From Octopus vulgaris (taxonomy: Eukaryota): DNA of 64,000 nucleotides. Every line of letters begins with the position of its first letter. The first letter of the stretch is position 1. Shown here piece by piece: positions 1-14,100 of the stretch. The stretch is taken from contig OX597816.1 in NCBI GenBank assembly GCA_951406725.2, positions 136,896,001-136,960,000 on the forward strand, written 5' to 3'. Made by a program: the position numbers and the translations under genes. A model generated the notes under the pieces. The model saw only the letters and a list, made by a program, of their open reading frames with translations, was not told where the DNA came from and searched no databases.

Positions 1-33
1 GTTATACCCTAATCAACAACTGGATTCGATATA

Positions 34-842
34 AAGGGTTTGGGCTAAATTTGATACTCTACATAAAAGGAAAGGAAAACAACATCCCATCCAAAAAGAA
101 AAACCCAAAAAACAAATACGTTATGACTGGGTCATAACAGTTTACTCAAATTGGCCGCTCTAAGCTTCCACCATGGCCTGAAAACGACTTGGGAACCTGG
201 TGCATTCGTTCCTCACTGTATCTCTGGGAATAATTTAAATACCACCAGCTCAGCCTTCCTGTTGCAGGCAGAGTGGTTGATGTCTTCCTTAACTGCACTC
301 TACACATGGGATTAGAATCAGGGGAATTAGAAAGTCAGAAATTGGAGCTAGTGAAGGCATAAAAATTCTCCGACAACCACTTCTGACTGTTTACAGAAGT
401 ATGGCAAGGAGTCAAATCTGAATGTCAAATATATGACCTTCCAGCAGCAACCCTCTTCAGTCAGGGTTTGACCACATTTGCCATCAGCTTCACATAGCTG
501 TCTGAATAGAGCCTAAAGCTTCTGTTCAAAGATGTGGTGTGGCATGACATCACCCTCACTTTGTTTTTCGTGTCTCTATCATGTCTTACAGCCTTTCCAG
601 TGTTCACAAAGTATTGAGCAGCAGAGATGATGTCAGCATTTTGATACCCAGCACAAATCATCATGATACAGGTCACTCTTTCCAAATATTCAGATGGCTT
701 CCAGTCTTCTTTGTCAGCTAACTTTTTCTCAACTACAACTTCAATCTTTATGCTCTCCAATGCTGTTGAGTGTTCACCAATTCATCAAGCTATTCCTGAA
801 AAATAGAAAACATAAAATTGTCATATTTAGCCCAACACCTTG
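34..842 (-). mobile_element. Internally deleted Tc1/mariner-superfamily (maT/DD37D-like) DNA transposon
   Basis: Imperfect TIRs (aagggtttgggctaaatttga at 34; tcatatttagcccaacaccttg ending 842), both flanked by TA. Minus strand carries degenerate transposase pieces (ORF 461-760; WPSNSPDSNP-like motif near 310-350). Homologous to 30860-31775. Confidence 0.75.
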
Positions 843-1263
843 TAATTAAAATTCTGTCCTTGTGCTTATGCAACATTAGTGGTTAAGGTGATAGTCATTG
901 GTTCCATTCCAGGAATGAGAGGCATATTGCGTCTTTGAGCAAGGATCTTCATTTCACATTGCTCATGTGAGCCAAGTGCTGGTACAGCCCTTTCTCTTTC
1001 TAGTTGTCACATTTTGGATGCTCTACTGATGCAAGGATGGAAGGGCTGAGAGGGTAGCTGTGACTGGATATGAACTGCAGGGTTGAGTAAAGGAAAGAAC
1101 ATCTAGGAGGTTGCTTGAGTATTAGAAATAGCAACCAAGTCATGCCATACCTTCTTAAAAAAGGACAAGAAAGGTTACCTTAGAAAATACAGCCCAAGGT
1201 GAACTATGCCTACAAAAATAAAAAAAAAATTAAAAATAGACTTGGTGCTCCCAGGTAGAACAC

Positions 1264-1543
1264 TGTGGTGTGCGCGAGGTAGTCAATATATAAAGGCACC
1301 TACCTTCTCTTCGCTCTGATAGAGACCCTTCAGTGGTAACGGATCCTTCGTCACAGCCCCGACCCGAACGCTAATGATAGCAGCTGCTTCACCCAACCTT
1401 AGCAACGTCTTCACACATCTTAACACCTCGACGACCCTCGTTGGAAAGGCCGAAATCCCCGCTCCCTGCGCACGCCTCACAGCTGCCCCTTCCGGTTGCC
1501 CCAACTTCCGGTCAACGCACCCAGCTGCTGACGTCATCCCACA
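1264..1543. mobile_element. Solo LTR of an LTR retrotransposon (280 bp)
   Basis: Begins TGTGG and ends CCACA. Flanked by a perfect 5-bp TSD aacac (1259-1263, 1544-1548). Near-identical copy at 29137-29414. Confidence 0.9.
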
Positions 1544-1699
1544 AACACTTTAGATCTATTATCACTCATTCAGGTTGATGCTAACCCCTCTTGCTGCTCT
1601 GTCAGGGAAAAGTAACCCTGTTGTCTGTGTCACCTTTGTGTAGCTATGGTTGTCAGTGTACCTATATATGTCATTTCATTACTTTCCTTTTACTACATG

Positions 1700-1950
1700 A
1701 TTATCATCATCCTCATTATCATCATTGTTTTGACATCCATTTTTTTCCATGCTAGCATGGGTTTGATGGAATTTGTTGAGGCACATTTTGTTCAGCTGGA
1801 TGCCCTTCCAGTTGCCAACCCTCAGCTGTTTCCAAGTAAGATAATATTTCTCCATGGTTGAACTTGTTTTCACGGAAGATTAGAAACAAAGGACACCACA
1901 TGCATGATGGTGATACTCATTTGCAGCTATCAGGCAAAGTCAAGGCAAGC
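1700..1950 (-). mobile_element. Short retroposon (SINE-like) fragment with RTE-type 3' tail
   Basis: (CAT)n run followed by ttccatgctagcatggg...ggatgcccttcc, the same tail motif as 6495-6772 and 35908-36100. Related copy at ~20430-20620 (+). Confidence 0.55.
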
Positions 1951-1957
1951 AGACAGT

Positions 1958-1959
<2 letters not shown>

Positions 1960-1996
<37 letters not shown>

Positions 1997-2220
1997 ACAT
2001 GTACACTACGTATACACACAAACACTCACATACATATACACATATACACACACATGCACACACATGTGCATGCAGACACACACTCACATACACCTGTACA
2101 CAATAGGTGTACACATACATACATATACACATACATACCCACACACAAACTCACATACATATGCACATACATACACACACACAAACTCACATACATATAC
2201 ATGTACACAAACACACACGC
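1960..2220. repeat. Compound (CA)n/(CATA)n microsatellite
   Basis: Seen directly; explains the His/Thr and Cys/Val ORFs. Confidence 0.95.
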
Positions 2221-3104
2221 ATTGCTCCCCTGGTGTATTTACCATCAGTCTAATTGTTGAACTGCACAGTGACTTTGGTTAAAGTGAGGAAAATTTAAAC
2301 ATTTCATTAAGCTCAGTTTATCATCTCCCTCTCTCTCTCTCGCTCTCCCCTGTTCTAGCACTCCTTTTACAATAACAGCTTTATAACAATACATTGAAAG
2401 CAGTTTGACTATACCCATACATCAGAGGTCACAGCTTATCCATACTTAGTTTACACACTTCCAAACTGGTGTTGATAAAAACAAAATACTGAGTTCAGAG
2501 GTCAACTTAATCAACATTTCTAGCTTTGAGCCAAAGTTAGAAATCATTATTGTATCTGAAAGAACAATAGGTAAACATTACCTTGATAATAATAAGAATA
2601 TTAATGATATTGATAATAGTTTTCAACAAAGGCACAAAGTCACATATTTTGTTGGTGGGCTTAGTTGGTTATAACAACCTAGTATTTGACTGTTAGGGCA
2701 GTGAATTAGTAGAGTCATCAGAACTAGTGGGACCCATGAATATTTCATGGAATTAATGGTTATTTCTGCAAACTTTATCCAAAAAACCTGAAAACGTAGC
2801 CTGTGCTGTATTTGTATGAAAAGATAGTTGCTCATCTGCTAATCATTGAAAAGTGAAGGAAATTGGAATATGATGATTACTTTATTTCATTTGATTTGCT
2901 ATAAAGGCATTACACGGAAGGTGTAGCTGCAGGCTGGATGAGGACACTATGATGATGATGAAATGAAAAATAGTTGATGGGAGAAGCAAACAACACCCGC
3001 AGATTGTTCTGAATATGTTGTAATGTTTTTAATGCATTTAGAGAAGGTCTGATATAGTTTTTGTGAAGTAGTGAACATTTGTAAGAAAATATTCTTTTAC
3101 ACTA

Positions 3105-3285
3105 AGTCAAATATGCAGTGAATATTACTCATTGTCCTAGTATATAGTGGAGTTTACTATAGAATCCTAGTACAGAGTGAAGTTATTATAGTGTCCTAGA
3201 ATACAGAGAAGTTACCATAAAGTCTTAGTTTCCAGTGAAGTTAGTGTCCTAGTATGCTGAAGAGTTACTAGTATACTGTGAAGCA
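3105..3285. repeat. Degenerate ~30-bp tandem minisatellite
   Basis: Recurring tcctagta(t/c)a(t/g)agtgaagtta units. Confidence 0.6.
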
Positions 3286-3392
3286 GTTTAAATAAACTAC
3301 CACACTACATTTGTATTGATTTTTTCTCCAAATTGTTGCCAAAATGGATACACACGTACACGCACGTGCACACATGCGCACACACACATGCA

Positions 3393-3460
<68 letters not shown>

Positions 3461-3469
3461 TATATATAT

Positions 3470-6455
3470 GTGTCAAGACTGATGAAATGTGGAAGAGAGA
3501 TACCAGCTGGTCTGAGTGCTCTCTACCCACAATAACTAAAAAGACTACAGCAACTCAGGGAAACTAAGCCAGGACAACCTGCCATCCTCTACACACCATC
3601 ATAAACTGCGAGCAGGGTACAAATTGTTGTCCTTAAATGCTCGCAGTTTATGCAACAAAATACATTTGTTCAACGCCTACGTCAGAAGTATTGACCCTGA
3701 CTTCATCACTGTCACGGAAACATGGGCGCATTCCTTACTCTGTGATGGGGTTTTCAACATCACGGGGTACAACCTCTTCCGTAAGGACCGCACTAACCGC
3801 CGTGGTGGTGGTGTGATGGTCTACCTTCGTTCAAATTTTTTGGTAATTCCTTGTGCCGATTTGAACGAATCACAAGAAGAAGTTTTTTTCTGTGACGTAT
3901 GTATGACCATGTCAACACTCCTGCTTGGCGTTGTTTATCGTCCCCCAAATTACCATCAGGACACACAGCTTTGCAACATCCTCCGAGCTACTGCCAGGAA
4001 AACAGCCACTTATGTGTTTATTGCAGGCGATTTCAATCATCCTGAGATCGATTGGGAAACCTTCCATTGGCCACAGAGTGCAAACGATTTTGTTGAGCTT
4101 GTGCTGGACTCAAACTGGTCACAAGTAGTCACCTCTCCAACAAGAGGCGACAACACCTTGGACCTGCTCTTCACCACAACTCCTGAAGCGGTTATCAATT
4201 GCACTACGGAGGAACCTCTAGGTGACTCTGATCATGCTATGATCATCGCCAATCTGGCTCTTGCGGGCAACAAACACCTGAACCATCTCCAATCTGCTTC
4301 CTTCGATTGGAAGAGAGCAGATTGGAACCTGTACCACACTGAACTACAGCACCCAAACTGGCGTGAATTCTACAACTCTGGAGATGTGAATACTATACTC
4401 CAGAGTATCCTGGACTCAATATGGGCAGCATGTGCAGCATCAGTGCCACGTAAACAAAAAAAGAAGAACCGCCCCAAAAGGGCAATTTGGGAAACTTCAG
4501 CGGTCCGACTTGCCAGGAAGGAACGTCGGACTGCTGAACAGGAATACAAGTTGCATAAATCAGACACCAACAGGAAGAAGCGGAATAAATCCTCCAACCA
4601 CCTCAAGCAAGTGACAAAAAATGCAGTGCTTGAATTTGAACAGTGCATAGCAGCCAATTCTGACAGCAAGGTTTTCTGGAAATATGTGCATTCAAAGCAG
4701 TGACCTCACTCTCCAGTGGGCCCTCTTCGCAACCTTCACACAAACCAGATCACTGACGACCCCAAGGAATGCGCAGAACTCATTGCCGAGTGCTATGCAA
4801 ACATATTCACTGTTGAAAGTCAAAATGTACCATCTTCACCATCACTAACAGCAAACTCCATAACAACTATGGAATTTACACCTGCAATGCTGCGACGTCA
4901 CCTTCAAAATAAGCGCAACTATGCCTCCCCTGGTCTCGATGGAGTTACATACCTGCTTCTCAAACGTGGCAGGCACTTCCTTTTACACCAGCTTTCTATT
5001 TTCTTCCAGTACTGTCTCAACAATGGTGCTACTCCGGAGCAGTGGAAAACTGCCAGTGTCATTCCTCTGTTCAAAAAGGGTGACCGCACATCACCTGTCA
5101 ACTATCGCCCAGTCAGTCTCACTAGCTGTATTGCAAAACTGATGGAATCGTGTGTCAGAGAAACACTCTGGAACTTCTGGAGCTCTCACAGTCTCATCCG
5201 ACCCTCACAATATGGATTTGTCCCTAACTCCAGCTGCAGTGACCAGCTTGTCGAGTTCCTTGAGGACATTACTCAGATCACTGACAGTGGCTCATGGGTG
5301 AATGTTGTCTACCTTGACTTTGCTAAGGCTTTCAACTCTGTGCCACACAAAAGGCTTATGGTGAAACTCTCTGTTATGGGTGTGGGGGATGACCTTTTTA
5401 ACTGGTTGAAATCCTTCATCCTCAGCTGAAAGGAGGTAGTCACAGTTCTAGGACAGCACTCTACACCATATGAGATGTCATCGGGTGTACCACAGGGATC
5501 TGTCCTTGGTCCCCTCCTGTTTGTGGCATACATTAATGACATAAATGCCAATTTAAAGAATGCCACAGTATTGAAATATGCAGACGACATCAAGCTGTAC
5601 CTTGAAATCAAGAGGACTGATCCTGATGTCTACAACTCTTTCCTGCAATCAGACCTAGACACAATGCAGCAATGGATCACAGACTGGCAACTGAAACTGG
5701 CTGTGGACAAGTGTACCACCATGCATTTTGGGAGAAAAAACCCTGCGTCCACATACTCCCTCCACAACACTGATATCAAGAAATCCTCTTGCGAGCATGA
5801 CCTAGGCATCACTGTCAGCAGTGATTTGCGTTGGACAAAGCATATCTCTAAAATTGTCAAGAAGGCCGAGGGTGTCTTGGCATCACTCAGCAAGACTTTT
5901 GTTAGCCGCTCTCCAGCCATCTATTTAAAACTGTATACAGCTATGGTACGACCACACTTGGAATTCGCATCATCAGTTTGGAATCCCTATCTTGCTCAGA
6001 ACATTGACCTCCTGGAATCTGTCCAGAGACGTGCAACCAAACGCATACCCTCCATCAGACACCTACCATATTCTGAGCGCCTTGTTTCCCTGGGCATGGA
6101 TTCACTGAAGCTCCGGCGTCTGGCGACGGACTTGGTAAACACCCGCACAAGGTTATCAACCACCTCACCAACAACAACACTGAACACCTTTTTGATCTCC
6201 ATGTGTCTAACACACGTGGACATGCCTACAAAGTCAGAAAACAACACAGCTCCCATGACTTTCGGAAACATTTTTTCACGCTCAGAGTTGCTGAAGCGTG
6301 GAATAAACTGCCTGCGTCAGTTGTTGACTGCCATGACACTGCATCCTTTAAGGCCCTCATGCTTTCCGAAATCCGCCGAAACTACACCTGATTATATATA
6401 CACTTTAGATGAGTTGTAGTGCACCTGAGCACTGTACACAATTATTATTATTATA
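3470..6455 (+). mobile_element. CR1-clade LINE, 5'-truncated, near-complete ORF2 (APE endonuclease + reverse transcriptase)
   Basis: APE motifs LNARSL, TETW, GDFN, TLDL, SDH (3624-4703). RT motifs NYRPVSLTS, YLDFAKAF, GVPQGSVLGP, YADD. CR1-type C-terminus RGHAYK...FFTLRVAEAWNKLP and a (TTA)n tail. ORFs 3624, 4716 and 5475 share one frame. Confidence 0.92.
3624..6391 (+). pseudogene. Disrupted LINE ORF2 (APE-RT): two in-frame TGA stops and one frameshift
   Basis: TGA at 4701-4703 and 5427-5429. Frameshift near 6140, after which the protein continues in the frame of ORF 6203-6391. Confidence 0.85.
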
Positions 6456-6456
6456 T

Positions 6457-6493
<37 letters not shown>

Positions 6494-6494
6494 T

Positions 6495-6772
6495 GTTGCC
6501 AGCCTCGCCTGGCCCCCGTGCCGGTGGCACGTAAAAGCACCATCCGTTTGTGGCCGTTTGCCAGCTCTGTCTGGCACCTGTGCGGGTGGCACGTAAAAAG
6601 CACCCACTACACTCACGGAGTGGTTGGCGTTAGGAAGGGCATCCAGCCGTAGAAACACTGCCAGATCTGACTGGGCCTGATGAAGCCTTCCGGCTTCACA
6701 GACCCCAGTTGAACCGTCCAACCCATGCTAGCATGGAAAACGGATGCTAAATGATGATGATGATGATGATGA
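6495..6772 (+). mobile_element. 3' UTR fragment of an RTE-clade LINE with (GAT)n tail
   Basis: Matches the UTR that follows the RTE ORF at 35908-36540; ends ccatgctagcatggaaaacggatgctaaatgatgatg. Confidence 0.8.
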
Positions 6773-7279
6773 TATATATATAAACATATTGAAGGAGTAA
6801 AACAGGTGACATGCACAATAGATATGTTTCTTAGATAGCTGAAGCTCGTAATGCAATTGTTATGCTTCCACTAGCTAAGAAACATACATGTTCTCCTCCC
6901 TCAATTTGAATTTTTGCATTTTTAGCAGCTTTAGTTGCTAACAGTGAGCTATATAGAAACTATCAGCTTATCGAATTTCTCCGCAACTTTGATATGGGAA
7001 AAGTATGTAACTCTTAAGGCCAATAAATTGTTTTGGTATCTTATTATATACTGTCCTCTTATTGTTCTCTATAACTGCCACTGACTGCTTGAAGCTTACA
7101 AACTTCCTACATGTGGATCCTTAGATTGTATTTATATATATACATGTACACATATGAGTGAATGTTGAAAAGTTCCTGGCTTTGGGTAAAAGAAAATACA
7201 ATAGTGTCAGTTAATTATGCTTTTATTCCCTTTTTAAATTCACACACTTAGGTCTTTTGTGATACCCTTAAAGCCAGGG

Positions 7280-8020
7280 GCACCATCTATGAGAAACAGC
7301 ACCATGACGCAATTCATTCTGCCAGAAATTTGAAAACAACATGCTGTACTGCTTGCCATTCATGCTGGAAGCTCCAATACAAACATTTCAGAGTGCTTGG
7401 GTGTCAATCTGACAACAGCACAATCTGAGGGCATGTATCAAGAGAGATAAAAATCAAACATCCAGTCAACATCATGGTGTTTGGAGTGATAACTAGTGAT
7501 GGCAATGTTATGCTTCCATTCATCTTCCCACATGACCTCAGACTCAACACGGAAACCTACCTCAAGTGCCTGGAGGAAGCAGTGCTGCCCTGGGTCAAGA
7601 GGGTGGCTGGTGGAAGACCCTATGTCTGGTAACAAAGCTCTGCACCCATGCCACACAAGCAGGAGAATGCAGTCATAACTGTCAGACAATTTCTGCAACC
7701 ACATCACCCCTAACATCTGGCCACCTAACTCCCCAGACTGCAATCCCCTTGATTATTATGTGTGGGGCACAGTTGAGTGACAGACCAACTAAACTCCTTG
7801 TAACACCAAAGATGAACTGAAGGCATGGATTATGGCAGCATTCACCAACTTAAACAAGGTGGCCATCCAGAAGAGTTACAGGAGATTCCGGAGTCATCTG
7901 GAGGCCATGGTTGAAGCCAATGGCAATTTTATTGAATAAATTTACTCTTTAGTGTTTCAAGATATTTTTATGTAATATTGGTAAATATATGTCAGTGTTA
8001 TTTTAATTTTTGCATAATTT
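7280..8020 (+). mobile_element. Degenerate Tc1/mariner (maT/DD37D-like) transposase fragment
   Basis: Translation KHPVNIMVFGVITSDG...SAPCHTS...WPPNSPDCNPLDYYVWG...EANGNFIE* with internal stops (~7455-7939). Confidence 0.85.
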
Positions 8021-8060
<40 letters not shown>

Positions 8061-8374
8061 TATAAGTGTACAATTTATATGAAAGATCCATGGGAATAAT
8101 TACAAGGTAGCTAAATGTTTCTTAAGTGTCCCAAAAAACAATGATCACACTTGTGTGTGATTTGATTCCGGGATAAGTAAGTTGTATTTAGGAGGAAATA
8201 GGAAAAATTGAATAAGTAGACAAATGCTCAGGATGTAATTAAATCATTTATATCTTCATAATTCATCCTGTCGGACGTATTTTGAATGCATCCATCGAAA
8301 CATATGTAGAAAATATGAAGATATAAATGATTTAATTACATGCTGAGCATTTGTCTCCTTATTCAATTTTCCTA

Positions 8375-8928
<554 letters not shown>

Positions 8929-9289
8929 AGTTTTCCATGCTAGCATGGAAAACGGACGCTAAACGATGATGATGATATACATATACATACATACATATAT
9001 ATACACATAGACATATACATATATACACACACATAGATATATATATATATTGTTTGTTGAGTATGAGGATTGATTAGCTTTATGAAAAAAAATTAACTTC
9101 AATGGATTTCCTTTCTTTCTTTTGTTCTTGCTTTTAACAACTTTGCCAGTATATTGCAAAATTACATTCATTTATGTTTTGGCAGTAATGATCCTTATCC
9201 ATTATCTGTACTTAGCTTTAAAAATTGCTTCCAAATTTAAGTTTTACTTTTTAAATCACCAGCAGTGGGTTATAAAATTTTCACTAAAA

Positions 9290-10580
9290 TATGTTGACCC
9301 CATCCTTTTCATCATAGCAATGAAACTCCTCATAACAGCTGCTGATAAAGAAGCCAAAGTACTAACAAAGGAGTCAAGCAACCAACAACATCCAATAAGT
9401 AGTTTCCTGGATGATCTTACAATGACAACCACAACCCATGAATAGGCTGAGAGGGTGCTGACTTCACTTGAACACATGGCAACATAGGCTAGAATGAGGT
9501 TTAAGTCCAAGAAATCTAGGAGTATGGGGATCAGGAGAGGCAAATTAAACAAAATTGAGCTGGAAGTTGAAGGAAAGGCTATTTCATGAATAGAGAAAAA
9601 TCCAATTAAATGCTTTGGAAAGAGGTTTGACAGTTCACTTTCTGACAAAAGCAATGTTGCCTATACTGAGAAGCAAGCGAAGAAGTGGCTGAAGATGATT
9701 GAACAACCAAGGCTTCCAGGAAAATACAAGGCATGGATCTACCAACATGAACTGCTTCAAAGATTCATATAGTTATTGATTGTGTATGAGATTCTAATGT
9801 CAAGAGTAGAAAGAGTGGAGAGAGAGGTAAATAAATACTTCCGGGGCTTGTTAGGTGTCACCCCAAGCTTCACTTCAATAGGCCTGTACATAAGATCTGG
9901 ACAGCTACAACTTCCTCTGTCATCCGTAGTGAAGGAATTCAAAGTTGCAAAATGCAGAGTTGTAATGATGTACAGGGACTCTCACAATGAGTGTGTCAGA
10001 CATGCAGGTATTACAACCAGGTCCAGGTGAAAGTGGGAGGCTAGCATCACAGTTGCACAGACTGAAAGCATGCTGAAGCTACACAACACCGTTGGAATTA
10101 CATGCTGAGATCAGAGGTTGTCCATACAACCTAGAGGCCAGATGTATTTCTGTGGTCTGAAAATCCCAAGAAAATAACCTTGATTGAGCTTACAGTCCCA
10201 CGGGAAGAAGAGTGCGATCAAGCCTATGAATTGAAGTGTGCTAAGTATGAGAACCTTCTGTAGGATTGCAGGGATAAGGGATGGCAGTTATGGCTTTTCC
10301 CAGTGGAGGTTGGCTGTAGGGGGTTCCTTGCCCAGTCAGTATGGAGCATGCTTACTGCCATTGGAATGAGGGTGGATGTTCGCAGGATGGTAGAGACAGC
10401 AGAAAGAGCCTCTTGCTGGTTAAGGAGCAAAAGAGAGGAGTTAGGCTGGAAGCCAGGAGATGATGAGTAGTGATTTGGCCACCTCTGCTGACCCACCAAT
10501 AGGAGGGTGTTATGGTTCTGGATCGAAACACCTGCAGGTCGCGGGATACTGTCCGATGATATCAGTTCCTCCTGACTAAA
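9290..10580 (+). mobile_element. Degenerate RLE-type non-LTR retrotransposon (Hero/NeSL-like): RT C-terminal half plus restriction-like endonuclease
   Basis: FLDDLT (RT catalytic), MRFKSKKSRS, LPGKYKAWIYQH, LQLPLSS. RPD...LIELTVP...FPVEVGCRGF is a PD-(D/E)xK endonuclease motif. Many stops. Confidence 0.8.
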
Positions 10581-11172
10581 GTTCCATTCGTTTCGGATAG
10601 TGTAAATGAAGTACCTTCTTCTAGGTGTTAGCAACACGTACGCACGCACGCACGCACACATTCTTATTACACGATTTATTTCATCGATGAATAGACCTGA
10701 TATTTTATCTTGTAATATCTATCAATGCAATTAAGTTTACTTACTTAATTTGTATATCTTTACGTTTAATTTACTGTTTCTTTTTAACATAATATGTTAT
10801 GAGTGAAAACCTTATCTGCTGGCAGAAGAACAAATTCATACACTTATTTTAAAATTTAGTTTCTTTATTCAATTCTCTTAATTTCTTTTTACCTTTTCAT
10901 CGTTTTGTTTACTGAATTGGTGGTGGAGTGTAGCGATTAATTAAAATTCTTTTTATCATCTTTTCTTTTATATTCAAACTTATTTTAAAAACATTTTCTT
11001 GCTTAAATTTTATATGTTCCATGCTATTTTAAAGTTACTTGAATCTTATTTTTCCTTTCAGAAAGAATATCCGGACAGATAAAGATTAAGCACAAACAAT
11101 CTATGTATGTCATTACCCAACTCATATTCCTACATCTATCTATCTGTCTGTCTGTCTATATATCTATTTATC

Positions 11173-14100
11173 AACTGACTTGTTGTCGCATCGGTTCTGC
11201 CGGTAATCGCTTTTTTACGATCTTTTATTGCACACATTTTGTTTTAAATTTTGCATACAAGGTGTGTGAAGCACCCGACTTTCGTTTGAGTGTGTTTTCA
11301 AGGGGCAGTTTCAACCTCATTTAAATTTCTATTTTTGTTCTCGACTTTGAAAAATGTTGAGAAATTTCGTAATAGAACGCTGGTCAAATTCGTTCATGGA
11401 CCAGCATTTCCCTAGCCTTGAAACGCTAGGAGAAAAAAAAGAATAACTCCTGCACACGCACACTTGAATACAACAACAGACATGAAAAATACAAATAAAT
11501 CAAAGGCAAATCTGAGAGATGTGAAAGTGAACGCTTGTCAACGTCATTGATACTGCAACCACAATCGTTAACGGCCCTGTTACTACCACCACCACCACCA
11601 CCACCACCAACACCAACACTACCACCACCAACACCAACAACAACAACAATAACAACAACGAAATCATCACAAAGCAGTCCACTGTGGCCTCCACAAGAGA
11701 CAATACCGCCAACACCAACACCACTACTACAACTTCAGCAGCCATAACTAACACCTCTGCTACCACCACCACCACCACCACCACCAAGGACAAAACAAAT
11801 TTCGCTGAGGCGATAAAACAAAAGAAACTATTGTAACATTCACTGCCCAACAAATCAACGATACAAAAGTACTGCTTAGCAAAGAAGGACAAAACTTACA
11901 CTTACACATACCTAAAATCATTATTGAACAAACCCCAAAAAGAACAATCATTTATAAAATAGTAAGTACAAAAACAAACAAAAAACTGAAAATGCACCAC
12001 AACAAAAAATTGAAAAATGCCTTCGCCCTGTATGGGCACACAAGGAATATGTCAATTGGTGGCATAAATTCAGCACAGTTCAAGTGCGATTCTACAATGA
12101 AAATCTAGCCAAACGGTTCTCAACACTGACTCTCCACATGGATGAGTTAGTGATGATACCAACTTATCTTGGCCAGAGAGTGACAAAAGTTACAATAAAA
12201 AAATGTACCTCCAGAAGTAGAGACTCAATGGCTATTATCTGCCATCTGTTTCGAAATGGAAGAAATTAACATTTTAAAAATTGCTGTCTTAGAACAGCAA
12301 AACTGGGTCGGAAGGACACTTGAAATCCTCTTGCAAATTGATCAAACATCGATAAATAAAATACCAACATCCATTGAATTAACAGAAGGATACAAGTTGT
12401 ACGTAGTGGTGGAGGGCAGGCGGCCATAAAAGCAGAAGCGATTAGGCATAGCAAAGCAATAGCGAGAGATAGAAACAGACTAGAGGGTAATCTAGCTAAG
12501 AAGCTAGAAGAGACGATTAGATGTGGCATCACATCTGACGTATTGGCGGTGAGGTAGGCCCTCTACCAACACTTCAACGCCAAACACAAAGGGCGTGTTG
12601 TCATGGCTAGCATGTATGCTCTAAGGAACGAAGCTGTTGGAGCCGCGCTAGAGACCCAGGTGGCGGAGGTGCAACAGGGCAACAAAGCCACCAATTCGGT
12701 CTCTGGTAGATGAACAGGGGCGTGAATTACTTGAGCCCAGTAAAATGTGTGAGGCCTTTCAGCAGCATTTTGCCCGACTGTTCGGGACGAGTGGCGAGCG
12801 AAAACGTAGGGTGGACTTCAGTGCCTACCTGCACAGCCTGTCACGACTCTCGGCGAGACAGGCAGAGTGTTACAAAGGTGCAATCACGGTGGCGGACGTA
12901 CGGGATGCGATGGCAGGATGCTCGAGTGACAAGTCACCGAGTTTGGATGGTCTGCCCTACGAGCTTTACAGCTGTATGCAGACTTGTTTGGAGGCGTCTT
13001 GGCAGCAGTATACTGCAACTGGCAGCAAAACGGAAGCATCCCCGGTTTTGTGAGCCGAGGAGCCCTAACGCTGCTGAAGAAAGATCCAAACAAGGGGGAC
13101 GTAATAGATAACTTTAGGCTCATTACTCTGCTCAATGCAGATTTGAAAATTTTGGCCAAGGTGTTAGCCAAGAGGATGGCGCTTGTCATCGAGAAACTGG
13201 TCGACAAGGCGCAAACGTGCGTCGTGCCGGGCCGGAGCATCCATGACAACCTCCATCTAATGCGCTGCATCATAGACAGGGTAGTTAAGGAACCTGGCAT
13301 GGGTGGGGCCCTGATCAATTTGGATCAATCCAAAGCTTTCGATAGGAGAGATCATCGATACTTGGAGGCTGTCCTCATAGTGGCTGATTTCGGTCCCATC
13401 TTCCACGGCCGGATAGCTACCTTGTACAGAGGCATCCGTTTGGTAATTCGCGTGAATGGGCATCTCTCGAGACCTTTCGACATTTCACGTTCGGTCCGTC
13501 AGGGATGTCCCCTCTCATCACTTCTGAATGTACTGACTCTCGAGCCACTACTGCAGAAGCTGGCAACGCTGAGGGACATCCCTCGAGAATGGGGATGCGG
13601 GACGAGCGTGTCACCGTCGTGGGACGCTGGGCCGACGGTACGGTCAAGTTGCTAGGGGTCTGATTTGGTCCGGACCTCCAAATGGAGAAGAACTGGGACG
13701 AGATAACGAGTAGGGGGCGGCACTATCTCACGGCAATGGGCCGAGAGGAAGCTGTCCCTAAAAGGTTGGGCTGAGGTGGTAATCGCGTACATCACGTCCG
13801 TCATCTACTACCGCCTAACCGTCGTTCCTTGACCCGACCCTACCATCACCAAACTGGAACGCATCCTCTTCTGCTTCTTGTGGAAAGGAAGCATCCCGAT
13901 GGTCAGGCGATCCGTTTGCTGCCAACACCCGCTAAAAAGAGGGCTGGGCATGCCATGGTTAATGATACGCGGACATGCACTGAGACTGCGACATCTCCGG
14001 CTCTACATAGACGACGGTGGTCAGGTGTAGTCGCCGTTTAAGCGGTGCGCTTTCCCACAGCTCGTCTCCATGACCGAACTGCAGTCGTGGATCAAAAAGA

